DNA of 64,000 bases from an uncultured Streptococcus sp. (GTDB taxonomy: Bacteria > Bacillota > Bacilli > Lactobacillales > Streptococcaceae). The stretch spans positions 35,747-99,746 of the forward strand of contig NZ_CABFMF010000033.1 of NCBI RefSeq assembly GCF_901875575.1, given 5' to 3'. This document shows positions 28,828 to 38,093 of the stretch, piece by piece. Under the pieces are notes generated by a model that was given only the letters and a program-made list of their open reading frames with translations, searched no databases and was not told the origin of the DNA. Numbering within the stretch: position 1 is the first letter of the stretch; the number at the start of each line of letters is the position of its first letter. The translations under genes were made by a program, and so were the position numbers.

Positions 28828-29275
28828 GAAGAGACAATGAGTTTTTACCCAATCTCTTTTTGCTATATTTCAGGATATTTGAAGACTGTTTTTTACAAAA
28901 CCAATAATAGAATTTTTAATACGGAATATAGTATAAATACTGGTTCAAAGTGAAGTTTTGTATGCTTTATACTTTTGTTGAGTATAAAATCTATAAACTA
29001 AGGGTGAATTACAAAAATTAATTTGAGATGAAGTGAATTGTAGACTTGGGGAATGTCTCCTATTCGATTTCAGAATGAATCGTTGATACTGGATTAAAAG
29101 AACTGCAGCTTTCTTTTTATTTTGAATGAGATAGGTGTATATAGATTTGTGTAACTGGTGTAGAACTGTTTCCAAAGAATTATTGAATGTATCGAATACA
29201 CACATTCTATTGATTTTGAACCAGTTTTTAATTTCTAAATGTTGTAATAGTTTTATCAAGTAAAAGGAGACTGCC

Positions 29276-29400
29276 ATGATTGGAGACAATATAAAATTCT
29301 TACGAAAATCACATAATCTGATATAACCAGAATTTTCACGGATTGTGGGTGTGTCACGAAATAGCCTAAATCGTTAGAAAAACTGAAAAAGCTTACTTTC
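29276..29400 (+). pseudogene. XRE-family HTH regulator remnant with in-frame stops
   Basis: RBS AAAGGAG, then MIGDNIKFLRKSHNLI*PEFSRIVGVSRNSLNR*KN*. Stops fall where the family has Q, Y and G (..LTQPEF..SRYENG..). Confidence 0.6.
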
Positions 29401-29688
29401 AATAGAAGTATTGGAAATATTCATTTTACATCTATCAAAGAAACATGGGATAGACCTATATTTTACAAAATAGCAAATTATATTTTGAATGATAGTAAAA
29501 ACTGCAGTACTTGTGTGATTTACAATTATTGCACTCAATGTCCGAGTATCGCACTATCTGAAATAAGGAATAGTAGAGATTGTTCTGCGATATGTAAAAA
29601 AAAACGCATTAGCAAGGAGTATCGTATATGCTACCATATCTTAAAACTATTAGATGGTATCTCTTTTTTAATTTTCTTTTTGGTGTAG
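29401..29688 (+). pseudogene. C-terminal fragment of a radical SAM / SPASM-domain peptide maturase
   Basis: The frame reads ..IGNIHFTSIKETWDRPIFYKIANYILNDSKNCSTCVIYNYCTQCPSIALSE...DCSAIC. It has the GNI..S..E.W motif and a CxxCx5CxxC cluster typical of SPASM tails. No N-terminal radical SAM core is present. Confidence 0.5.
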
Positions 29689-31139
29689 TATCGAATATCT
29701 GCACAGCTTTGTTACCGTATTTCACGCAGGCATTAATCAAAGGGGATTATCAAGTAGCTCTATATGGTTACTCTATGTCAGTGGCAGGTTATTTGAGTTG
29801 TAACTATATCCAAATGATACTTGATTGGAAGCAGGGGATTATCTTTTCGACTACTTTGAAAAATGAGTGGTTTCGTTCACTTCTGGGACTCAGTCACTAC
29901 GATTTCAAGCAGAAAACAGTAGCAGAGTATATTTCCTATCAATCTAATGACCTAGATTCGTTGGAAAAGGATTACCTTCCTCCATTGATGAGTTTTATCA
30001 AACAAATTTTACGTATCATCATTTACGCTTTCATTATTAGCAGAACAATTAATCCTATTGTATCACTGATTTTAATCTTTTCTACTGGAATTAGTATTCA
30101 AATTCCTAAAATCGTTGGGAAGTTGACCGCTAATCGTAGACAGGTTTACTTGAAAAAACAAGGAGATTACTATCGAACTTTGGAGGATTTGCTCATGGGA
30201 CATCATTTGGTAAATAAACTAACTATGTCGCATTTTTTGAATCAACAAAAGAGTTCTCTAAAGAATTTGCAGGATAAGTATTTTAAGTATGGTTTGACAA
30301 AAATTACAGGCATCTTATTGACAGGTGTTTCTTTTGAATTCATTAGTCTTGTTCTGTTTATTTATTTAGCCTACTCTCTATCTCACCAGCAACTCGGTAT
30401 TCCTGAGGTGGTGGCGAGTTTCGGATATATTAATGCTTTTTCTGAACCAATACAGGAAATCCTTTATGATTTACAAATGTTAGAGTCCGTAAAGCCTGTA
30501 ATCAAGAGTTTTCAAAACATTGTTGGGAGACCCGTTTCAGTTCAAGCACCTCAACATTCTTTTGATACGATTACTTTGAAAAACATTTCCAAACAACTGG
30601 GAGAATCAAAATTGATAATTACTTCCGCTACGATTCAAAAAGGGGATAAAATTGCGCTTATTGGTAAGAATGGGTCTGGAAAAAGTAGTCTTCTCAACAT
30701 TTTAAATGGAACAGATGAAGATTTTGAAGGACAAATTGTGCTAGATGGGCTTGTTTTGGATCATCTTTGGGGAAGATTCGGTATGATTCTGCAACAAGAA
30801 CATACATTTATTTCGAGTTATGAAAATAATGTAACGCTATTCAATAGTTTCAATGAAAAATTCAGAGAAGAAGATTTTGAAAAAATTCCACCACAAACCC
30901 TGTCAGGTGGTCAGCAACAACGAATGTATTTAAATCGTGAGAAAAATCGTAAAAATCCATTGCTTATCCTAGACGAACCTTTCTCTGCCTTGGATACTAA
31001 TCAGTTTAAAATGGAATTGGAAAGAGTTCTGGAACTACCAAGTGCCGTCATTGTTACTTTACATCGCCAAAACGAATTATTAAGTAAGTTTGACCAAGTT
31101 TGGGAAATTAAGAATGGAGAACTTGTAATTTTGAAATAG
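29628..31139 (+). CDS. fused permease/ATPase ABC exporter (peptide-export type)
   Basis: 503 aa. About 6 TM segments, then Walker A GKNGSGKSS, signature LSGGQQQR, Walker B LLILDEPFSALD. Confidence 0.8.
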   Translation: MLPYLKTIRWYLFFNFLFGVVSNICTALLPYFTQALIKGDYQVALYGYSMSVAGYLSCNYIQMILDWKQGIIFSTTLKNEWFRSLLGLSHYDFKQKTVAEYISYQSNDLDSLEKDYLPPLMSFIKQILRIIIYAFIISRTINPIVSLILIFSTGISIQIPKIVGKLTANRRQVYLKKQGDYYRTLEDLLMGHHLVNKLTMSHFLNQQKSSLKNLQDKYFKYGLTKITGILLTGVSFEFISLVLFIYLAYSLSHQQLGIPEVVASFGYINAFSEPIQEILYDLQMLESVKPVIKSFQNIVGRPVSVQAPQHSFDTITLKNISKQLGESKLIITSATIQKGDKIALIGKNGSGKSSLLNILNGTDEDFEGQIVLDGLVLDHLWGRFGMILQQEHTFISSYENNVTLFNSFNEKFREEDFEKIPPQTLSGGQQQRMYLNREKNRKNPLLILDEPFSALDTNQFKMELERVLELPSAVIVTLHRQNELLSKFDQVWEIKNGELVILK

Positions 31140-31153
31140 CTAAATTATAAAGA

Positions 31154-31260
31154 ATAAAACGCATATTATCAGGAGTTCATCTGAACCGCACCCCAAAAGT
31201 TAGATTTTTTCTGTCTAACTTTTGGGGTGCAGTTCAAAACCTTGGTACTATGCGTTTTAT
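31154..31260. mobile_element. 107-bp MITE, RUP-like
   Basis: Terminal inverted repeats ataaaacgcata / tatgcgttttat with TA at both ends. Central hairpin gcaccccaaaagttaga...tctaacttttggggtgc. The size equals the 107-bp pneumococcal RUP. The family assignment is from memory. Confidence 0.6.
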
Positions 31261-31362
31261 TGTGGGAAGATTTACTTCATTTTCTCCTTAAATTGAGTTT
31301 CTTCCCAGCCTCTATCAGAGCTTTTAGGTAAAAAGTTGAGGATAATACAGTTGTAGAAGGAC

Positions 31363-32965
31363 GAGCACACTGAAAAAATAAGGAGCTTACTTTTAATGAA
31401 AGGAAAATCGAGGAATCTCTCATCAATTTGAGCGAATTCCTCAGTTATTTTGTATTTATAAAGGTCATAATTCGTTTCATATTGACCAAGAAGATGATTG
31501 TGGCTGTCTGTAACTCCATGCTGAAAAGACCCGATGCCCTTGCGACATCAAAGACATGTCTCTGTTTTAGTTCGGTATTCTTCGCTTCGATTTTATAGCG
31601 ATGTCTGGTAATTTCTTTAAAATAAGGTGTTTCCTGAAATTTCTTCTGGAAAAGATGGTCGTTACTCTTAATAGCTAATGAATAAGTCTTAGACTTTGTC
31701 CCCTTCTTATAATAACCTTCCTTGGAAAGGCAACTCTTGCACTTATCTTTGTCAAAGTAATGAGTGACAACTTAATTCTTATTTTGATATTTTTTCCCTG
31801 TCCTTGCTTTGCGAATAGCCATGTGTTATTCTGGACAGACAAATAGCTCTGCATCTTTATTAAATTCAAACGCATCCTCTTCTTTACGGTAACCTTTTGA
31901 AACAGAAGGGTTCAGTTTTGACACCAAATGAATCTTTTCTTTGCGAGCTAGTTGAATATTGTCCTTTCCTGAATAAGCCGCATCACCAATAATAGTCTCG
32001 ATGTCCAGACTATTTTCCTTTGTTTTAGCATATAACTCAGGTAAATATTTCCTATCACTTTGTTCGCCAGAAGTGACCACACAAGCAGTAATAATCCGTT
32101 CATCCGTTATAGCGATATGACTTTTATATCCATAGAAAGAGCTGTCGGCTGTCTTATGTCCGAGCCTAGTATCCTCCTTAACAGAAGCTTCCAAGTATTC
32201 TAAGTCGTCCTCAACAGCCTCTTTTAGGTAATTGAACTTTTGAGAGACAGCCGGTAGGGCTAAGAGTTCCTCATGTTTTTTAACCATAGCCATTGACTCC
32301 TCTGTATATGTCAATTCTGCTTCGAGTTTATCTTCTTGAGGTTTCTTTGGAAATTCTATTTTGATATCTTCTGAATGTTGATAAATCGTTTTACGTAAAG
32401 CTTTTGAACGCTTCCTAAGAATTTCTTGGGGTTTCTTAGGATTATAATGAGATTTGGTGTGAGTGGCATCCACAATGAGGATTTTACTCTTAATCAAGTT
32501 GTGTTCGAGTGCAATTTGAACAGACTTCTGAATCAATACATCAAGCAGTTTGTAATCTTTAATTCTTAGCTTTCTAAATCTTGTCAGTGAGGATGGCTCG
32601 ATAACAGAATCCTCAGGAGCTAGACCAAGAAAAAATTTAAAGGTCATATCTGACAAGGAACGTCCCCCCACATCGACATCTGATAACTTATAAATATCTT
32701 CTAACAAGAGATATTTGAACATCATAATCGGTGAATAAGCTTTACACCCAAAATAGGGACGATAATTCTTTTCTAGTTCATCATGAATAAAGCTAAAATC
32801 ACAGAGTTCAGTTAGCTGACGAAAAAAGTGGATTTTAGGAACCACGATATCATACAAACTAGAATAAGGACTGACATCCATAGTTAACTGATTATCAAGC
32901 ATCATTTCACCTCATCTCTAGTTTAACAAAAAAGCCATCAATTTGATGACTTTTTCAGTGGGCTC
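31363..32965 (-). mobile_element. IS1182-family-like insertion sequence (about 1.6 kb), inactivated
   Basis: Imperfect terminal inverted repeats gagcacactgaaaaa (31363-) and tttttcagtgggctc (-32965). Encodes a single DDE transposase frame. Confidence 0.6.
31445..32905 (-). pseudogene. DDE transposase (DUF772 N-terminal domain, IS1182/IS5 type) with two in-frame TAA stops
   Basis: The N-terminal 359-aa ORF ends ...FVCPE*. The same frame continues HMAIRKARTGKKYQNKN*VVTHYFDKDKCKSC...RHRYKIEAKNTELKQRH...NMKRIMTFINTK*. Confidence 0.7.
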
Positions 32966-33299
32966 ATGAAACGCTATGAGTTTTTTGTTGCACTATATTT
33001 TACAATTTATCATTATAAAATAAATGCTGAGCTTTTTGAAAGCTTCTAATTTGGAAAAATTAGAATTGCTGAAAAGTAAGAGTACATTAATGATATTTTA
33101 TGAATATATGTACACACACTAATTAGTTATAAATATGAGAAACGAAAATTATATTAGTGTTGTTGAACTGGGCTAAAGGGAAAGGGGAGAAAAAGTTATC
33201 AATTGAACGATACTTCAGTACCAATAAAATTGAGTACTAAAGTATACAAAAATTACTAATGGATTGAGACTTTTGTATTTGATTATACCGTAGAGAATA

Positions 33300-33767
33300 T
33301 TAGTCAAATAAAATTGTTTTGTTTTCACTAATGCATTTCTTATTATTATCCCAGTAGTTAATACTTTCAAAGCTTCCTTTTCTTAAATAAAGCGGTATCC
33401 TTTTTCTTATATCATTTTGCATTGGTATTTTATCAATATCTTTTAGATTCCACCATTTTGGCTCACCTTCATCAGATGTGCTTAGTTCACCAGTAAACTG
33501 AGTACATAAAAAGTCATAGAAGACAAATCTCTCATTACCAATTGAATTAGTAAAGCCTGAAATTCCCTTTAATTCAAGATTTAATGCAGTGAGTCCAGTT
33601 TCTTCCTTAAGCTCCCGTAGTGCAGCTTCAAAAAAACTTTCAGGGAATTCAACTTTTCCCCCTGGTGGAATCCAGCCAGGAAAATTATCGTGCTGTCTAT
33701 TAAGTAATAAAATTTCTTGATTTTTCAAAACGCAAATATTAACCCAGTTTTTGATTTTTTCAGTCAT
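33300..33767 (-). CDS. NUDIX (MutT-like) hydrolase
   Basis: Nudix box GGKVEFPESFFEAALRELKEETGL. ATG 33767 has a GAAGG RBS, whereas the longer ORF start at 33797 has none. Confidence 0.75.
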   Translation of the reverse strand: MTEKIKNWVNICVLKNQEILLLNRQHDNFPGWIPPGGKVEFPESFFEAALRELKEETGLTALNLELKGISGFTNSIGNERFVFYDFLCTQFTGELSTSDEGEPKWWNLKDIDKIPMQNDIRKRIPLYLRKGSFESINYWDNNKKCISENKTILFD

Positions 33768-34078
33768 ATTATCAACCTTCAATAAGTATTTTTTCATATA
33801 TTATACTATATGTCAAGAACTATATGCTATTTATGATTGTGACAAATGTGTCTCAGCCAAAGATTGATGATTTTTATGAAATAGCTGATTAACTCTCAGA
33901 TATGACGATAAAATAATTTTTACAAGACTAGTTAACCTTATTATACTGTGGCAAAAAATAGAATTTCATTGATTTTCTGTATATATTTTCTATTGATTCA
34001 AATGGGATATATGTGGGTCTTGTTTTACCTTTAAGAAAAGTTGATAATAAAATCAAGATATCTGAAGGATTTTAAGAA

Positions 34079-34348
34079 ATGGATGGTATAGGTTATGTAA
34101 TTTATATCAGAATTAGTAACATTCCTGAAAAAGCCTATGAATATGTTGTAAATGGGAGCTTTGCTATTGGATGGATTATAGATCGGTATCAAGTTAAAAC
34201 TGATAAAAAATCTGTAATCACTGATGATTCAAATGATTATAGTGATGATGAAAAGTATATCTTCAAGTTGCTATTGAGAATTATTAATGTAACTATCCAA
34301 ACGGTTGATTTAATAAATAGTTTACCTAAATTCGAAGTTGTTGAATAG
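34079..34348 (+). pseudogene. isolated C-terminal tail of a type ISP / type IIG-like restriction-modification enzyme
   Basis: IPEKAYEYVVNGSFAIGWIIDRYQVKTDKKSVITDDSNDY...IINVTIQTVDLINSLP matches the conserved C-terminal module (..Y.VNGKSALEW..ERYQV..DK.SGI.NDPN..). About 1000 upstream residues are absent. Confidence 0.5.
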
Positions 34349-34493
34349 CTTTTAATAAGGAGATGAATACGTTGTCTAAAGTGTATTTGTCTTCTTTTAT
34401 TTAAATTTAATTTTCAATAAACTGATTAATTTATCTTATGATATAATAAAAACAAGTACATTACATTAATTATCATAGTAAAGGAGTTGTTAA

Positions 34494-35564
34494 ATGGAAA
34501 ATTATAATGAGTTACTAACACTTAGGAATAAAATAGAAAATACACTGAATTATCAACTGTCACTAAGCAATTTAGAATTATATCACAGCAATCTATTTGC
34601 TGTTGTTCTGGAGAAGTCTGAATTTATTAATCATAAGTTTTTTAGTAATGTTATTGATATTAATAAAAAATATACAGATTTAAAGGTTTACAGAGAAAAA
34701 AATTCGATTGATTTAACTATCGAGGTTATTGATGAGGATAGAAGGACTCATGTTATTTTTATAGAAAATAAGGTTAAGTCTTTACCAGACAAAAGTCAAT
34801 TAATTCGTTATTCTGAAAAAGATTCTAATGCTAAAGGGATACTTCTTAGTTTAGTTAAACCTGAATTTGAACTACCTGATAGTTGGTTTAGAAGAAGTTA
34901 TGGTGAGCTAATTGAGTATTATAGTGATTTACTTGATAAAGTAGATGAGAGTTTTAGATTATTCTTAACAGATTATGTTGAATATATGAAGAATGTGAAA
35001 GAGTTTATTGAAAAGATAAGTTATGGCGAATCATACTTTTTAGAAGAGTGTAATAATAAAGTACTTGAAGGTATGAGATTAAGGTCGGTTGTCGAGAAGA
35101 TTCATTATGCGAATTTAGAGAATAAGATTTCTGATTTAGAATATAAAACATACTCTGGTAGGATAAGAGGAGCTCATCATTTTGGGATTTATCTTCCTAT
35201 CGAAGGTACTACGTCATCATTTGATATTCAGATACAAGGAAAACAGTATAGACATAAGGTTAATTTTTCTCTTGAAGATAAAGCAAAATTAGGTGATTTA
35301 GAAAGAATATGTGATAGTATAAAAGAGAAAACTTGTTTGTATAATTTCAATCTAGAGGATAATCCAATTTTAGAAAAATCATCTTCAATAAAAAAATGGA
35401 AAACATATGGTAAAAAAGATTATTATGATTATGCTCATATAAAAAAACATGTATCTAGTAAAGAGTTGATTAATTATATAAGAACGGATATCAAGAAAAT
35501 TGAAGCGGATCTGAAAATTGTTAAAGATATTATTTTAGAAAATATTAAATCAACAACTAAATAA
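34494..35564 (+). CDS. PD-(D/E)xK nuclease superfamily protein (356 aa)
   Basis: N-terminal ELYHSNLFAVVL, then D73 (SIDLTIEV) and E91-N-K93 (VIFIENKVKS), followed by QLIRY. This is the layout of the PDDEXK families seen in defence islands. RBS AAAGGAG. Confidence 0.6.
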   Translation: MENYNELLTLRNKIENTLNYQLSLSNLELYHSNLFAVVLEKSEFINHKFFSNVIDINKKYTDLKVYREKNSIDLTIEVIDEDRRTHVIFIENKVKSLPDKSQLIRYSEKDSNAKGILLSLVKPEFELPDSWFRRSYGELIEYYSDLLDKVDESFRLFLTDYVEYMKNVKEFIEKISYGESYFLEECNNKVLEGMRLRSVVEKIHYANLENKISDLEYKTYSGRIRGAHHFGIYLPIEGTTSSFDIQIQGKQYRHKVNFSLEDKAKLGDLERICDSIKEKTCLYNFNLEDNPILEKSSSIKKWKTYGKKDYYDYAHIKKHVSSKELINYIRTDIKKIEADLKIVKDIILENIKSTTK

Positions 35565-35750
35565 AAAAATTAAATGCTGGTGAAGCAGTATTGATAAGTA
35601 TCAATCTTCTAAAGGATTTATATATTAAGGTTGAAAAGTGTGCTCGCCCTCATCATAATGAAACACCTAGCCTATTATTTTAAGAAAAACAGATTCAGTA
35701 AGTAATACAGAATAATCATCATTATTTAACCAAAAATTAGGAGAAAATAA

Positions 35751-37184
35751 ATGAAATATGATTTTAATTACTGGCAATTTTCGCCAGAAAATCAATATTT
35801 GGATAGGAAATCAGCTAGGAAAAAACCATCGGAATTGTTAAAGCATCTGATTGCCTTTGCTAATGCTGACGGAGGTCAGTTGATTATCGGGATTGAAGAT
35901 GAAAAGCAGGATAATATTATCACTGGTTTCAAGGATGGGAAAGCCTATCCAATTGATGATTTCAAAAAGATAGACCGAGAGATGCGGGATACACCGTTGG
36001 ACTTATCTTTTGAGGAAATACCTGTGGTTAATCATAAGGGAGAAGACGACCTGATTTTGGTTATCTCAGTTGAATTATCATCGAACCGAGTGATTGCTGC
36101 TCCAAATGATGAAGTTTATCTACGACAGGGAGATGAATCAGTCAGGTTGAGTTATGAGCAACGTATACAACTTAGTTATGATAAGGGACAGCGTTTCTTT
36201 GAAGATGAAATCATTGAAGATGCCACATTAGATGATATTGATGAACTATTGGTTCAGGATTTTAAGGACCATTTTGATATTTCAGAACGTTCAACTGAGG
36301 AGATATTAAAGGCAAGACGGTTTCTTATCAATGGTAAATTAACAAAGGCAGCTATTCTTATCTTTGGTAAGTATCCTTCAGCATTTTTCCCTCAAGCACG
36401 TGTTCGTTTTCAACGATTTGATGGGGTAGATGTAGGTACAGGAAGTGAATTTAATGTTATTAAGGAAGTAACATTTGATGATGCATTGCCTAAATTAATT
36501 GTTAAAGTTAGAGATTTTATTCGAACCCAGCTACGAGAGTTTCAGTATCTAGATAGTGATGGTAGATTTCAGATACTTCCAGAATATCCTGAATTTGCTT
36601 GGTTTGAAGGAATTGTAAATGCAGTAACCCACAGGAATTATTCAGTATACGGAGATCATATCAGGGTATTGATGTTTGATAATCGTTTAGAGATTCATAG
36701 CCCAGGAAAACTACCGAATATTGTAACTGTTGAGAATATAAGACATGAACGTTTTTCTAGAAATCCGCGTATAGCTCGTACCTTAACTGAATTTGGATGG
36801 GTCCGAGAAATGAATGAGGGAGTAAAACGAATCTATTCTGAAATGGAATCTGCTTTTCTCCATGAACCGTGTTACTCTGAACCAGGTAACAAAGTAGTTT
36901 TAATATTAGAAAACAGTATTACAAGTAGAACATTGAGAACGCGTGATTCTTTGGAAAGTAAACTTAGAGATTATAGTGATTTAAGTGTTGATGAAAAACT
37001 ATTGATACAGTATATGTACAATACAGCAGAACCTATGACAACTAAAAAAGTAGCAGAGTTCTTAGGTAGGAGTGTTTCTTACTCGTCAAAATTATTGAAA
37101 ACGTTGAGAGCAAAAGGCATTTTAACATGGTATGGGACAAGTACGAAAGATCGCAGTCAATACTATAAATTAGAAATGAAATAA
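35751..37184 (+). CDS. AlbA_2 (Schlafen-like) DNA-binding domain + HATPase_c_4 + C-terminal wHTH protein (COG2865-type, 477 aa)
   Basis: ENQYLDRKSARKKPSELLKHLIAFANADGGQLIIGIED (AlbA_2). GIVNAVTHRNYS...IEIHSPGKLP...FSRNPRIARTL...EMNEGVKRIY (ATPase-like). RBS AGGAGAAAA. Confidence 0.7.
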   Translation: MKYDFNYWQFSPENQYLDRKSARKKPSELLKHLIAFANADGGQLIIGIEDEKQDNIITGFKDGKAYPIDDFKKIDREMRDTPLDLSFEEIPVVNHKGEDDLILVISVELSSNRVIAAPNDEVYLRQGDESVRLSYEQRIQLSYDKGQRFFEDEIIEDATLDDIDELLVQDFKDHFDISERSTEEILKARRFLINGKLTKAAILIFGKYPSAFFPQARVRFQRFDGVDVGTGSEFNVIKEVTFDDALPKLIVKVRDFIRTQLREFQYLDSDGRFQILPEYPEFAWFEGIVNAVTHRNYSVYGDHIRVLMFDNRLEIHSPGKLPNIVTVENIRHERFSRNPRIARTLTEFGWVREMNEGVKRIYSEMESAFLHEPCYSEPGNKVVLILENSITSRTLRTRDSLESKLRDYSDLSVDEKLLIQYMYNTAEPMTTKKVAEFLGRSVSYSSKLLKTLRAKGILTWYGTSTKDRSQYYKLEMK

Positions 37185-37385
37185 AAACGAAGAAAAACGA
37201 AGAAAACATAGTTACTAATTAGTGAATTTATAAAGTAAGCTCACTTTTAAATTCATGAAATTTATTCGCTTTATAGATTTGCAATTCAGTTGTTTGTATG
37301 GGAATGTGATTTGTATTATCCATCGTTTCACAACAAGTAACGAAACGAAGAAAAACGAAGAAAAACGAAGAAAAACGAAGAAAAA
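37184..37385. repeat. two blocks of a phased 10-bp tandem repeat (AAAAACGAAG) flanking a 132-bp spacer
   Basis: Block 1 at 37184-37208 has about 2.5 units. Block 2 at 37341-37385 has about 4.5 units. There is an A5 tract every 10 bp. Confidence 0.9.
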
Positions 37386-37695
37386 TAAATCGTTATTTCT
37401 CAACTACATAAGCTCCGAGAACTAAAAAGTGATAACCCTTTGATAACCTCTTGATTTTCAAAAGAATTATATATGTAAAAATTGAGGATTTATCTCTCAA
37501 AATTACTTGATTTTAGTGATAATTTACCATAAATATCATGATGTAGAAAAAACCAGGTCTTAAGAAAGCTCGTAAAGCTAGCCAGTTCTCAAAACGTTAA
37601 TCAATACGATTATATCAACGTTTCAAAGCACTCAAAAGTTTACCTTATGGGTGCTTTTTTCGTGTTTTTTTGAAAAGTTTACCTCAAAGTTCACC

Positions 37696-38093
37696 TTATT
37701 GTTTTAGAGACTTTAAAGCAAATTCACCTACTGTCATAGGAACTACATTAGAAGTGTTGACATAAGTCTGAGTTGTACCTGTATCGCTATGAGTCAATGC
37801 TTCAGAAATGGCTTCTAAACTCATTCCTGCTTGTTTTGCAAGTGTCGCTCCCGTATGTCGCAGTTTAATGAGGTGTAGCGTGTGTCAGCTCTTTATGTCG
37901 CTTCCTGATGCTTTTCATTTTATTGTTTAGATAGTTAGCATGTAAAGGCTTGTTGATGTTTCCTTTTGTGTCGATATATGTAAAAACAAATTGTTCTGGA
38001 TTACTGATGATGCCAAACTTTGCTAGTTCATATCTTTGTTGTTCTTTCCAAGAGATAAGAAGCTGAAGTAAGTCATTAGAAATAGAGAAAATA
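37696..38093 (-). pseudogene. tyrosine recombinase (phage-type integrase) remnant, N-terminally truncated and frameshifted
   Basis: The minus strand reads ..ISWKEQQRYELAKFGIISNPEQFVFTYIDTKGNINKPLHANYLNNKMKSIRKRHKELTHATPH*. After a 1-nt frame change it reads LRHTGATLAKQAGMSLEAISEALTHSDTGTTQTYVNT... (RHT and catalytic Y motifs). Confidence 0.7.

Noticed and set aside
28945-29289. 114-aa minus-strand ORF at the left edge of the island. I considered it as an Rgg-like regulator fragment.
   Set aside because: I could not recognise an HTH or any other motif. Its start overlaps the RBS and start of the plus-strand XRE remnant. It is probably non-coding or an unidentifiable remnant.
37184-37385. The 10-bp repeat blocks as a CRISPR array.
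   Set aside because: The units are contiguous with no spacers and far too short. This is a tandem repeat or iteron-like structure instead.
37215-37403. 62-aa minus-strand ORF rich in F/S/L.
   Set aside because: It is generated by translating the AAAAACGAAG tandem repeat and an AT-rich spacer. No RBS.
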